Shown here: one piece after another, positions 45,942-54,709 of the stretch
Position numbering within the stretch: the stretch's first letter is position 1
How the letters are laid out: each line of letters opens with the position of its first letter
Virus record (IMG/VR): IMGVR_UViG_3300037484_000250
Coordinates: 19,529 to 83,528 of that record
From: a virus
Taxonomy: Duplodnaviria; Caudoviricetes
DNA: 64,000 nucleotides
Strand: one strand, 5' to 3'
Position numbers and translations under genes: made by a program
The notes under the pieces: model-generated
Database searches by the model: none
What the model was told of the DNA's origin: nothing
Seen by the model: only the letters and a program-made list of their open reading frames with translations

Positions 45942-46331
45942 TTGAGAAAGGATAATATAGACAATAAATTTTTATTCCGATGGAAAGCTAGGCATAGAAA
46001 AAATATTCAATTCATTGATATAACTCTCATCACAGTAACAAAGGATAATTATTTAGAATTGCCAGAAATTGATATTATAAAAACCATGAATAAGGATTTA
46101 CAGAAACATACTATTAAAAAACAAAAACCAATTATTATTAGTCTTATGGAAGATGGAAAGTATTCATTAATCATGGGATTTAAAAACTATTTAATTGCAA
46201 AAAGAATAGATTTTAAATCTATCCCAGCAATTGTTGTTGATTTTGATCGTCAAGGATTAATTAATGAAGCAAGAAAAATTAGATTACCAAAAGATGAGGA
46301 TGATGAAAATTGCCAAAGCAAGCAGATGTAA
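45942..46331 (+). CDS. ParB-like domain protein (short)
   Basis: KPIIISL...YSLIMGFKNYLIAK...IPAIV. Confidence 0.5.
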   Translation: MRKDNIDNKFLFRWKARHRKNIQFIDITLITVTKDNYLELPEIDIIKTMNKDLQKHTIKKQKPIIISLMEDGKYSLIMGFKNYLIAKRIDFKSIPAIVVDFDRQGLINEARKIRLPKDEDDENCQSKQM

Positions 46332-46735
46332 AAACAATGATCGAGGAGATGAGAGAAGATCAAATAACCTCAATGAATAACCCAGATTGCATTAATTGCA
46401 ATGAGTGCTGTTCTATGGGTTCTATGTTGACGGATGAAGAGTTCACAAAATTAAAGAGGTTTTTAAAAAAGGATAAACGTGGCAGGATGCTTCTTGACCG
46501 AGGACAAGAACTAATTAGAGACCATTTAAAAAAAGGTGTAATCTATTGGATGTGTCCTTTCTCGAAGGAATATCGTTGCATGATATATAATACTAGGCCG
46601 AGTATATGCAGGACGTTTCATTGTGATGAGCCGGAGATGAGCAAGGAATATAGGGATTCGTATAGAAAAGAATCTAAAACCATTGGCTCTTTGTTCTCGA
46701 TTATGGAAATTATAAAACAAGATCGAAAGGGATGA
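46310..46735 (+). CDS. YkgJ-family cysteine-cluster protein
   Basis: CINCNECC...CPF....CMIYNTRPSICRTFHC. Confidence 0.8.
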   Translation: MPKQADVKTMIEEMREDQITSMNNPDCINCNECCSMGSMLTDEEFTKLKRFLKKDKRGRMLLDRGQELIRDHLKKGVIYWMCPFSKEYRCMIYNTRPSICRTFHCDEPEMSKEYRDSYRKESKTIGSLFSIMEIIKQDRKG

Positions 46736-47118
46736 TTCCAATAGAACCCTATACAAAAGAATTAATTACATGGGCGAAACACTTAGATGTCGTTAATCTA
46801 CGGAAAAGAATTGGCTATCTCCCCGGCTATGTCGTTATGAGATTATTAAAGTATGCAGATGATGATCAAGAAGAGTTCAGGATAAATGTGGGATTTTCTC
46901 AGGATCGGAAAAGATTTTATGTAAAGTTAGCGGAAAGGGGCGTTAAACTTTCTGAGATTGGGGATGGGAGAAGTCGGATGGCAAGGACTTTCTGCCTACA
47001 AAAAATACGAGGGCAATTCGGAGATGAAATAATAGGTGAATATAAATTACTGGAAGATGTTGGGTTTGAAGATGATAAGATTTTAGGTTTTGAGAGGATA
47101 GATATTTGGGATGAATGA
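46732..47118 (+). CDS. Hypothetical protein
   Basis: 128 aa, ATGA-coupled. Confidence 0.55.
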   Translation: MIPIEPYTKELITWAKHLDVVNLRKRIGYLPGYVVMRLLKYADDDQEEFRINVGFSQDRKRFYVKLAERGVKLSEIGDGRSRMARTFCLQKIRGQFGDEIIGEYKLLEDVGFEDDKILGFERIDIWDE

Positions 47119-47135
47119 TGGAATAATGTGTTGTG

Positions 47136-47164
47136 TTGACATAGTAGACAATAGAGGTTATCAT
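47136..47164 (+). promoter_or_regulatory. SigA-type promoter
   Basis: TTGACA-17-TATCAT, ending at the ATG of 47163 (possible leaderless start). Weak resemblance to the operator. Confidence 0.5.
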
Positions 47165-47459
47165 GGAAGAGAGACATTATAATAATTTAAGGAGGTTGGT
47201 ATTTTTGTATGCAATAGCATTTGATATCCAACAAGACGAATTGGATATAATATATTGTGAAGTCGAACAAGTATTAAGATCGAATAATTTCGAACGTGTG
47301 CAAGATAATTTACATCTTTCGCGGGAAAATGATATTGCTAAAATATATAGGGCGATAAATGGACTTAGGGAAATTATTTTATTCAAGGAGAATCTTAAAG
47401 AAATTAGAGTTTTTAAGATATCAGATTGGAGCAATTTCACGGAGATTATAAAAAGTTAA
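47163..47459 (+). CDS. Hypothetical protein
   Basis: 98 aa ORF. Confidence 0.45.
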   Translation: MEERHYNNLRRLVFLYAIAFDIQQDELDIIYCEVEQVLRSNNFERVQDNLHLSRENDIAKIYRAINGLREIILFKENLKEIRVFKISDWSNFTEIIKS

Positions 47460-47485
47460 TAATAGTTAATGGGGAGATGGAAAAA

Positions 47486-47842
47486 ATGGATGAAATAAAA
47501 TTTCAAGAATTAGTTATGGCTCAGTTTGATAAGATGGATCAAAGGTTTGATAAGATAGATCAAAGATTCGAGAAGATAGATCAAAGATTCGAGAAGATGG
47601 ATCAAAGGTTTGATAAGATAGATCAAAGATTCGAGAAGATGGATGGTGAACTTGTTTCAATAAAAAATAAATTAGTTGAACATGATGGTAGATTTGATAG
47701 AATTGACGGAAATATAGATACTATTGCAATATGGGTTAAACATTTAGTTTGTAATGAAGACGAAGTAATTGATTTCTATTCGAAAAAAAAGCATAAGCCT
47801 CTTTTAGGTATACTGGGAGGACAGGGGGAAGATGGAAAATAA
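47486..47842 (+). CDS. Coiled-coil heptad-repeat protein
   Basis: FDKMDQR/FEKIDQR repeats; GGGGAG RBS. Confidence 0.7.
   Translation: MDEIKFQELVMAQFDKMDQRFDKIDQRFEKIDQRFEKMDQRFDKIDQRFEKMDGELVSIKNKLVEHDGRFDRIDGNIDTIAIWVKHLVCNEDEVIDFYSKKKHKPLLGILGGQGEDGK
47525..47644 (+). repeat. 21-bp tandem repeat (~6 copies)
   Basis: TT(T/C)GA(T/G)AAGAT(G/A)GATCAAAG(G/A) units. Confidence 0.95.
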
Positions 47843-48116
47843 TGAATTCCAAGATCTAGTATTAAATCTATTAACCCAGATTAATAAAAGATTCTTGGTT
47901 ATTGATAAACGATTTGACAGTTTAGAAAATCAAGTTAAAGAGAATAGAAGAATTCTAAAAGCATTGGAACATGTGGCAGAAGTAAATAAGTCAGAGCATG
48001 ACAGGATGTTTGGAGAAATTAGGGATATAAAAGGAAATATTGTGACATTGGTTGATGAGTCGTTTAAGGATTATTTAGGTAGAAAGACATTTAGATTAAT
48101 TGCAGTTAATGAATAG
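47832..48116 (+). CDS. Hypothetical coiled-coil protein
   Basis: N-terminus (EFQDLVL...IDKRFD) resembles the preceding ORF. Confidence 0.6.
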   Translation: MENNEFQDLVLNLLTQINKRFLVIDKRFDSLENQVKENRRILKALEHVAEVNKSEHDRMFGEIRDIKGNIVTLVDESFKDYLGRKTFRLIAVNE

Positions 48117-48128
48117 GAGGGAATTGAT

Positions 48129-48362
48129 ATGGCGGAATTGATGTTCGAAAAAATTGTACAGGAAGAGATAGATTGCATCCCTTCTTTACTTGGAGTGACA
48201 GAGGTTGGGAAACGGATAGGGGGATGGGATAGGAGAAAAGTTCATACTTACTGGAAGAGAGGAATCATGCCTGAGCCAGCAGCCTATATTGGAAAAAGAC
48301 CAGTGTGGACGGAAAAGCAAATTGATACGTGGATTGCTCAACGTGGTTCAGAATATAAATAA
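48129..48362 (+). CDS. Small HTH DNA-binding protein (AlpA/excisionase-like)
   Basis: LLGVTEVGKRIG.WDRRKV..Y..RG.MPEP......RPVW...QID.W. Confidence 0.7.
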   Translation: MAELMFEKIVQEEIDCIPSLLGVTEVGKRIGGWDRRKVHTYWKRGIMPEPAAYIGKRPVWTEKQIDTWIAQRGSEYK

Positions 48363-48376
48363 AAAGGAGCATTGAT

Positions 48377-48556
48377 ATGTTAAAAAGAATATTTGCATTG
48401 GTAATTGGTGGAGGAATTGCTTTAATTATTATAAATGTTCTGGATTTTATTACCAATGGAAATAAACTTATCAATAGCTTGATACTTTTCGGTGTTCCTT
48501 TTATTCTAGTTACTATAGGGGAAATGAAAAATAAAGATGAGAAGAGAGTGCAGTAA
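48377..48556 (+). CDS. Small membrane protein (59 aa)
   Basis: AAGGAG RBS; two hydrophobic stretches. Confidence 0.5.
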   Translation: MLKRIFALVIGGGIALIIINVLDFITNGNKLINSLILFGVPFILVTIGEMKNKDEKRVQ

Positions 48557-48603
48557 GGTAGTCAATATTAGGATCTCAAATAAGAGAACATCTTTTGTAT
48601 AAT

Positions 48604-48628
48604 ATCCCGGGACATCACCGGGATTTTC
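48604..48628 (+). terminator. Terminator hairpin
   Basis: ATCCCGG-gacatca-CCGGGAT-TTT. Confidence 0.55.
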
Positions 48629-48640
48629 TAAATTTTTCTA

Positions 48641-48669
48641 GTGTACAAAGTCTACTAAAATGATATAAT
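48641..48669 (+). promoter_or_regulatory. Promoter with operator 2
   Basis: GTGTACAAAGTCTAC followed by TGaTATAAT. Confidence 0.65.
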
Positions 48670-48711
48670 AAAGAAGTCGAGGGGGAAGAAAATAAAGTGA
48701 GGTAGATAAAA

Positions 48712-48939
48712 ATGCAAAGGTTTGAAGTTGGTAAAACTTATTCTTGCAGATCGGCATGCGATTATGAATGTGCATGGAATTATGAAGTTGTTAAAAGAAC
48801 TGATAAATCCATTACGATAAAGAGACTAGGCCAGAGTGTAACGAGTAGTAGAAGAATAACAAATTGGGATAACAAAGAATGTATATGGCCCATGGGTAAG
48901 GGATCTATGCAGCCTATATTAAGAGCAGGAGGAAATTAG
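48712..48939 (+). CDS. Hypothetical protein
   Basis: GAGGT RBS; 75 aa. Confidence 0.6.
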   Translation: MQRFEVGKTYSCRSACDYECAWNYEVVKRTDKSITIKRLGQSVTSSRRITNWDNKECIWPMGKGSMQPILRAGGN

Positions 48940-48940
48940 A

Positions 48941-49222
48941 ATGAAAAATAAAATGATGGTGCATGGTAATGTATTGAAGTTTACAAAGGATCTGGTTTTA
49001 TATAAGACTTATGACGGATATAAACTGTTTGTGGATCTGTTGAAGATTGATAGTAATGAAAAAGCAAATGATGTGTTAGATGAGGTACTTGGGTTCGTAC
49101 AGGAGATTGCGGACAATGGAAGTGAGGGAACATTTTTATCTGGGAGATTCCATGATTTTGTAGTTGACAATATCAAATGGAAAACAGGATTTTTCCCGGT
49201 CGTCATTAGCGAATTATATTAA
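48941..49222 (+). CDS. Hypothetical protein
   Basis: GGAGG RBS; 93 aa. Confidence 0.6.
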   Translation: MKNKMMVHGNVLKFTKDLVLYKTYDGYKLFVDLLKIDSNEKANDVLDEVLGFVQEIADNGSEGTFLSGRFHDFVVDNIKWKTGFFPVVISELY

Positions 49223-49238
49223 TTGTCATTATCTTCAT

Positions 49239-49268
49239 GTGGACAATGTATACTATAAATGATAAAAT
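49239..49268 (+). promoter_or_regulatory. Promoter with operator 3
   Basis: GTGGACAATGTATAC; TGGACA-17-TAAAAT with TG extension. Confidence 0.65.
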
Positions 49269-49302
49269 TAAGCCATGGTTGAGGGAGAGAAAAAATTAAG
49301 GA

Positions 49303-49569
49303 GTGATTGAAATGACAATATCAGAAATTAATTCAAAACTTAAAATAGTAAATATTAAGGGTAGAAAATTTAAGGTTGATGGAATTGGTTATATAGAAGT
49401 CTCAAAAGGGTTTGCTTTCTATGTGCCTGAACTTGGATATTTGAAATTTGAATGTGATGAGACGTATGTACCTTATAGTCCAGTTGGAGGAAGAAAGGCT
49501 TGTCAGGAAATCTTAGATGCTGGGGGAATGGTTAATTTTGATGGAATCGAATGGTTGAGGGAAATGTAA
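49303..49569 (+). CDS. Hypothetical protein
   Basis: AAGGAG RBS; 88 aa. Confidence 0.6.
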   Translation: MIEMTISEINSKLKIVNIKGRKFKVDGIGYIEVSKGFAFYVPELGYLKFECDETYVPYSPVGGRKACQEILDAGGMVNFDGIEWLREM

Positions 49570-49587
49570 GGATATACATTTAAATTA

Positions 49588-49621
49588 AAATAGAGAGAGG
49601 AGATCTACCCTCTCTCTATTT
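49588..49621. terminator. Bidirectional terminator between convergent genes
   Basis: AAATAGAGAGAGG ... CCTCTCTCTATTT. Confidence 0.75.
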
Positions 49622-49636
49622 CATTATTTGATTGTT

Positions 49637-49951
49637 TTAGTTATCTGGTGACAGAGCGCAAGCGATGAGACTTATTAAGTAAAATAATAGCCACATAGCA
49701 ATATACGCAGCCAGCGTGACCAAATAAGTATTGAATATTGTATGAGTTATTTCATATGAATAATAAGCCCAATAAAATTGTGAGGCAACCGGAGCGAAGA
49801 ATGTAATCAGTGCGGAAATAAATCCACTAGAACCAAAAGCAATTAAAATAGTCCATAAGTGGATCGCTGCACCAGCAATTCCGAGGATTAAATAAATAAT
49901 TGTTCCGATTGTATAAGCACCACTTGTTGCCATTTTTCTAATAAAAGACAT
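49637..49951 (-). CDS. Multi-pass membrane protein
   Basis: 104 aa, almost entirely hydrophobic; GAGGCAGG RBS on the minus strand. Confidence 0.6.
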   Translation of the reverse strand: MSFIRKMATSGAYTIGTIIYLILGIAGAAIHLWTILIAFGSSGFISALITFFAPVASQFYWAYYSYEITHTIFNTYLVTLAAYIAMWLLFYLISLIACALSPDN

Positions 49952-49980
49952 AATAATACCTGCCTCTCATCTATTTCTAC

Positions 49981-50532
49981 CTATAGGTCATTATAAGCTT
50001 TTAGTTGCGTATCATATTCAAATTTGACCATTCTGAAATTATCATTCCATTCTTTTAATGCATTTTTCATAATTGTTTCATGTACTTTTGATTTTATGGA
50101 AATATCTTTTAAATAATTATAGGATTCAGTTTGGGTATTTATTTCGAATTTAACCATTCTGTAATTAGTTCCCCATTCTGATTCAGCTCTATTCTTGATT
50201 GCTGATTTAACATCATCGCTATTTAAATCAGCAACACAATTAATTAATTTTGGGGCAGTAGGTTCAACTTTAACAACTGGATCTACAGCAGGAGTAGCGG
50301 AAGTAGTGGGAGTAGTAGCAGGAGATGTAGCAGTAATATTTGTTTGTGCTGTTCTTAGTGTAGTAGTCTTGGAGTTATCATTGATAGCGCATACTACAAA
50401 TATCACAAAGCATAACACACTGGATAATATCGCTTTTTGGATCTGTTTCGGTTTACCCTTCATCTTTATAAATACAATGATAGGCATAATAATTACTCCT
50501 AATAATGATAAGATACCGAGAAATTTCAACAA
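49981..50532 (-). CDS. Membrane-anchored exported protein with Thr/Pro-rich linker
   Basis: Two N-terminal TM segments, TTTLRTAQT...PTTSATP linker, duplicated W..N(Y/F)RMVKFE motif. Confidence 0.65.
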   Translation of the reverse strand: MLKFLGILSLLGVIIMPIIVFIKMKGKPKQIQKAILSSVLCFVIFVVCAINDNSKTTTLRTAQTNITATSPATTPTTSATPAVDPVVKVEPTAPKLINCVADLNSDDVKSAIKNRAESEWGTNYRMVKFEINTQTESYNYLKDISIKSKVHETIMKNALKEWNDNFRMVKFEYDTQLKAYNDL

Positions 50533-50636
50533 TGTATTTCCTCCTTATTTCACACAGATCGTATTAAATCAATTATACCATGATTTAGATATGTGTGAGA
50601 CAAGCAGTTTATCGATTATATGGTAAAAATTATAAT

Positions 50637-50666
50637 GTGGACATTGTCTTCAATGAGTAGTATAAT
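50637..50666 (+). promoter_or_regulatory. Promoter with operator 4
   Basis: GTGGACATTGTCTTC; TGGACA-17-TATAAT. Confidence 0.65.
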
Positions 50667-50712
50667 CATATTAAGAGGTTGAGGAAATTAAATATAAAAG
50701 GAGATTGATGAA

Positions 50713-51090
50713 ATGAAAAGTTTCAATGCTAAACATAAAAGAAATGGAAAATCATATGTGGTTAAATATATGGATAATAATGATATCGTTTCGGTTGATG
50801 TAGAAAATGGATCTGAAAAATTGGTGACTGAGTCTACGATCAAAAGATGGTATGAGTTAGGTAATGAGGTAGTGATACCAAAAAAGAAGAAGATCAAGAA
50901 GAATGCAAAGGTTGAAAATGTTGAACGTACAGATAAATTCCGACCTAAACTTGCACCAGAACAAGTATTGGAGATTCGTGAAAAACATAAAAAGGGATCT
51001 AGGAAATCACATCTCGCGAAGGAATATAATGTATCGTTTAGGACGATCACTTGTATAGTTGAATATTTAATGTGGAAAAAAGTAGTTTAA
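50713..51090 (+). CDS. Protein with C-terminal HTH
   Basis: KLAPEQVLEIR...SHLAKEYNVSFRTITCIV. Confidence 0.65.
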   Translation: MKSFNAKHKRNGKSYVVKYMDNNDIVSVDVENGSEKLVTESTIKRWYELGNEVVIPKKKKIKKNAKVENVERTDKFRPKLAPEQVLEIREKHKKGSRKSHLAKEYNVSFRTITCIVEYLMWKKVV

Positions 51091-51231
51091 ATATAAAAGC
51101 AGAAGGAGGAAAATGAAATGAAAAGGAAAAAATCAGAAGTCATTGAAATAATTTTCATTGATATCAAGTTCGCAGGATTAAAAGGAAAAAAATTCACTTT
51201 GAAAAATATTAAATATAAATATTGATTTAGT

Positions 51232-51261
51232 GTAGACAAAGTCTACTATTCATGGTATGAT
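51232..51261 (+). promoter_or_regulatory. Promoter with operator 5 (perfect palindrome)
   Basis: GTAGAC-AAA-GTCTAC; TAGACA-17-TATGAT with TG extension. Confidence 0.7.
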
Positions 51262-51313
51262 GCTACTATAAGGTTTGGTTGAAGAAAAAATAAAAATATT
51301 GGAGGAAAATAAA

Positions 51314-52303
51314 ATGACAACTATCAATGAATTGATCGAGAGATCCATGGAGAAGGATGCTAAGGCGGAGGACGTTTTTGTTAGTCCGAAATTATTAGGC
51401 TATAGCGTGAATAATCAATTGATAACTGGCAATGAATTTTATAATTTTACTGATTGGGGAAAGAGTCAGTTATGTAATAAGTTAGGTATCCCCACAACTT
51501 ATATGGAGAAATGCCCGGCTGAACTCCAAGGACAAAATATTAATTACTGGCTTAAAAATAGCAAGTATATAGAAAAAAATTGGATGCTTCGAACCGTCGA
51601 ACAAGATGGCGAAAAATATGTTAGATCGGTGCTCACGGATAAGTATTCTATTTTTGATAATACTGACGTTTTAAAAATGGTTGCAGACGTGGTTGGTAAT
51701 CAGAACTATGAGATCAAAAGATTCAGCTCAGATGAGGCATTCGGCGGATTCCATTTGAGATTAACATTGCCTGAAATTTCTTATAATGCTGGGACGACGA
51801 TGGATGGGAAAGTAGATGAATTGACATTTGGACTTCATATTATGAATAGTGAAGTTGGTAAAAGATCGATATCGATAACACCATATATTCACCGTCTAAT
51901 TTGCGAGAATGGTTTACAAGTCGTAGAGGCCAGAGGAGATAGGTTCACACAACGGCATATGGGAGTGCAGAAGGAAGATATGCCGTTAAAGGTAGCTCAG
52001 GCATTTGAGAGGGCAATAGCTCAAGGAGAGCAGCAAATGGCGAAGTTCGTAGACACTAAGAATATGAAGATTACAGATCCGATTAAATCAATAAATGATC
52101 TACTGAAAAGAGTTAAGGGACTAACACTGCCGAAAGATTTCAATGTTAAGATTCATGAATGTTTCGAGATAGAAAGAATTGAAAAAAATGTAGCCACAGT
52201 TTATGATCTAGTTAATAGCTTTACGAGAGCAGCGCAGTTACTGGATAATGATGACAAAAGAGTTGCACTAGAAAGATTCGCATATGTGGAATTGGTCGCG
52301 TAA
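51314..52303 (+). CDS. DUF932-family protein
   Basis: WGKSQLCNKLGIP..Y, VRSVLTDKYSIFDN, IMNSEVGKRSI.I.P..HRLICENG. Confidence 0.75.
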   Translation: MTTINELIERSMEKDAKAEDVFVSPKLLGYSVNNQLITGNEFYNFTDWGKSQLCNKLGIPTTYMEKCPAELQGQNINYWLKNSKYIEKNWMLRTVEQDGEKYVRSVLTDKYSIFDNTDVLKMVADVVGNQNYEIKRFSSDEAFGGFHLRLTLPEISYNAGTTMDGKVDELTFGLHIMNSEVGKRSISITPYIHRLICENGLQVVEARGDRFTQRHMGVQKEDMPLKVAQAFERAIAQGEQQMAKFVDTKNMKITDPIKSINDLLKRVKGLTLPKDFNVKIHECFEIERIEKNVATVYDLVNSFTRAAQLLDNDDKRVALERFAYVELVA

Positions 52304-52326
52304 GCGATCTTTTCCAATTTTCGGAA

Positions 52327-52758
52327 GTGAGGAAAATCGAGATGGCTACTATGTATCAAGTAATTAAAAAACAGAGAGACAAATATAAGGATCTGGAAAT
52401 AGAAGTTGATTCTATATATAAAATCAATGTGATAAATAGGGTTTATCCGAAGGAGTGTTATGCAAAAAGTTGGGATTATATGGTGTTTTCAGAATGCCCA
52501 GAACAACTCACATTGGTTCATGGAACATGTATGGTATTGGGGGGACTCCCAATAGGACATGGATGGATTGAGATAGGCGAAAATATTATTTTTGAAGGAG
52601 TTTACCAGAGATTTTATGACAAGGAAAAATATTATGAAGCAAGGGGATTAATAAAACTTTTCGAATATACGTTTGCGGAACTCAGAGAATTATCCTATGA
52701 GTATAAACATAAAGGCCCATGGAAAAGAGATATGGGAAAAGGATGTTTTAATTTCTAA
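52327..52758 (+). CDS. Hypothetical protein, papain/transglutaminase-like
   Basis: ECYAKS...LVHG...GHGWIEIG..IIFE pattern. Confidence 0.45.
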   Translation: MRKIEMATMYQVIKKQRDKYKDLEIEVDSIYKINVINRVYPKECYAKSWDYMVFSECPEQLTLVHGTCMVLGGLPIGHGWIEIGENIIFEGVYQRFYDKEKYYEARGLIKLFEYTFAELRELSYEYKHKGPWKRDMGKGCFNF

Positions 52759-52778
52759 TATTTGGAGTGTATTTAGGT

Positions 52779-52808
52779 GTGGACAATGTCTGCAATTTAT
52801 GCTAAAAT
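52779..52808 (+). promoter_or_regulatory. Promoter with operator 6
   Basis: GTGGACAATGTCTGC; TGGACA-17-TAAAAT with TG extension. Confidence 0.65.
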
Positions 52809-52856
52809 AGTATTATAGGGATGAGGGAACAATGGAAAAGAAAGAGGTTGAGGAAC

Positions 52857-53012
52857 ATGAGCAAATGGGAAAAACAGTTAGAAAAATTGATTAATGGTAA
52901 ACAAGTCAATGTTACGTTGGCAGAATATAGATGGTTAGAAACTCATGGTTATGAATTGAATGAATCTAATCAAGCTAGTAATAAGGGATATTATGTAACA
53001 CTAAAAAAGTAA
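52857..53012 (+). CDS. Small hypothetical protein
   Basis: GAGG RBS before ATG 52857. Confidence 0.5.
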   Translation: MSKWEKQLEKLINGKQVNVTLAEYRWLETHGYELNESNQASNKGYYVTLKK

Positions 53013-53028
53013 AGGAGAGTGCTTGAAA

Positions 53029-53190
53029 ATGATTAAAGCAACAGCTTATTATAAAAGTGGATCGGTTGTAACATATAAATATGAAGGTGATTCGGAGTAT
53101 AAGGGTGAGATGGAAACAGAGAAAGAAAGAGCGATCCGCCAGTTAACATGTAAGGCAATAGGAAAATTTGAGATAGTGGAGGTAGGTTAA
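53029..53190 (+). CDS. Small hypothetical protein (53 aa)
   Basis: AAAGGAG RBS; MIKATAYYKSGS...EIVEVG*. Confidence 0.5.
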   Translation: MIKATAYYKSGSVVTYKYEGDSEYKGEMETEKERAIRQLTCKAIGKFEIVEVG

Positions 53191-53191
53191 A

Positions 53192-53458
53192 ATGAAAAAA
53201 AGTAAAAAACAAGAATTCATAGATCTAGTTTATGAAACTTCTTATAATAGGGAATGGGAAAATGAAATGAATAATTTGTGTGAAACGAGACCAGACAGTG
53301 TATCCTTCATGCAGTGGGTAAAGGATACGGAATGGACATTGGGGGCTATAATAGCTTTTTTCCAGTATCAGTGCATATGTCTCAATGGAGATATGGATTG
53401 GGTTGAATTTGAAGACGATTACTTTGTATTCAAATCTAAAATATATGGAGTAATTTAG
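53192..53458 (+). CDS. Hypothetical protein
   Basis: GGAGGT RBS; 88 aa. Confidence 0.55.
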   Translation: MKKSKKQEFIDLVYETSYNREWENEMNNLCETRPDSVSFMQWVKDTEWTLGAIIAFFQYQCICLNGDMDWVEFEDDYFVFKSKIYGVI

Positions 53459-53487
53459 TTATGATGAACTGATGGGAGGAATTAAAA

Positions 53488-53766
53488 ATGACTAATATTG
53501 AATTTACAGATCTAGTGTGTGAGATGAATCCGGAATATAAGACATTCACGCAGGAAGAATTCGAGATAATCCAAACAGTATATAATTATTATCCTAGCAT
53601 CAATGAGAAAAGGCAGATAGCTGAATTATATGTAAAGCATGGCATGATTTTAATAAAGGATATGCATGCTAGATCGAAAACAATAGCGGAATTGGAAGAT
53701 GAGATAAGAGGAAAGAGATTTGAATTGGATAAATTAAAAGAAAAAATGAAAGAATTGGAAGTGTAA
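53488..53766 (+). CDS. Hypothetical protein
   Basis: GGGAGG RBS; YNYYP motif; coiled-coil C-terminus. Confidence 0.6.
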   Translation: MTNIEFTDLVCEMNPEYKTFTQEEFEIIQTVYNYYPSINEKRQIAELYVKHGMILIKDMHARSKTIAELEDEIRGKRFELDKLKEKMKELEV

Positions 53767-53780
53767 TTGCATAAATAAAT

Positions 53781-53810
53781 GTGGACAATGTAAACAAATT
53801 AAAGTATAAT
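53781..53810 (+). promoter_or_regulatory. Promoter with operator 7
   Basis: GTGGACAATGTAAAC; TGGACA-17-TATAAT. Confidence 0.65.
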
Positions 53811-53906
53811 AATGCTATAGAGATGAGGAAGCGATGGACGTTCCACAATGCGTTGGGCATGGGATCGCTTCTGATTCTAATAAAAATAAAAAAGGATGGT
53901 AATGAA

Positions 53907-54071
53907 ATGAAATATATAGTTACTAGAGAATTTACGAATGGAACATTAAAAGGGATGAGATATACAGGAACAACTAAAATAAAGTTTGAAGTTGGATTCA
54001 TTTATGCAAAGCCGTGTGCCGGAGATTCATATAAAATAATATCATGTAATGAAGTAAAGGAGGAAAATTAA
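53907..54071 (+). CDS. Small hypothetical protein
   Basis: Likely start ATG 53907; the upstream part of the track ORF is promoter and hairpin. Confidence 0.5.
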   Translation: MKYIVTREFTNGTLKGMRYTGTTKIKFEVGFIYAKPCAGDSYKIISCNEVKEEN

Positions 54072-54072
54072 G

Positions 54073-54279
54073 ATGACTAAATACACATTGTTTGTTCGGA
54101 TGTTTGACAATGTTTATGATGATGGCAGATTTATATTTGAAGCAAAAGATTTGAAAGATGCCCAGAATAAAGGATCTGGATGGGCAAGATATCAAGGATT
54201 CAGTAAAAATGATGTAATGGTTAAGGAGTCAAAGGGAACGGAATTAAATTGGTTAATAGATAATGATTGTGTTCATTGA
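54073..54279 (+). CDS. Hypothetical protein
   Basis: GGAGG RBS; 68 aa. Confidence 0.55.
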   Translation: MTKYTLFVRMFDNVYDDGRFIFEAKDLKDAQNKGSGWARYQGFSKNDVMVKESKGTELNWLIDNDCVH

Positions 54280-54295
54280 ATGGAAATATTTTATA

Positions 54296-54326
54296 GTAGA
54301 CAAAGTATACAGAGGAATGGTACTAT
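54296..54326 (+). promoter_or_regulatory. Promoter with operator 8
   Basis: GTAGACAAAGTATAC; TAGACA-18-TACTAT with TG extension. Confidence 0.6.
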
Positions 54327-54507
54327 TAGGATATGGATGAGGAAATAAAAAATTTGGGGGTAAATTATAATGAATAGAATTGAAAAATTAATGAAATTAT
54401 ATCTCGAACTTGAAAGAGTGGAACGTATGGTTAAGGTGAATGCTACTGATCAATGTGATATGTGAATCCGTCGGAAGTAATGATGAATAATAAGGAGGAA
54501 AAATAAG

Positions 54508-54708
54508 ATGAAAGAAATTAAAATTAGTAAAAATTCTCCATACGGTGAACATCAAGATTTGCTTTTAACTAATGTTACAGTGAGATATTCCCCTAAAAAT
54601 GAGATAAGAATATTTTTTGGAAATGGAATACCACCAGTTTTCGTTCCTAAGGATTCAGCAATGTATAAACAATTAATGAAACAATTCAAATTGAAGGAGG
54701 AAAAATAA
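54508..54708 (+). CDS. Hypothetical protein
   Basis: AAGGAGG RBS. Confidence 0.6.
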   Translation: MKEIKISKNSPYGEHQDLLLTNVTVRYSPKNEIRIFFGNGIPPVFVPKDSAMYKQLMKQFKLKEEK

Positions 54709-54709
54709 G

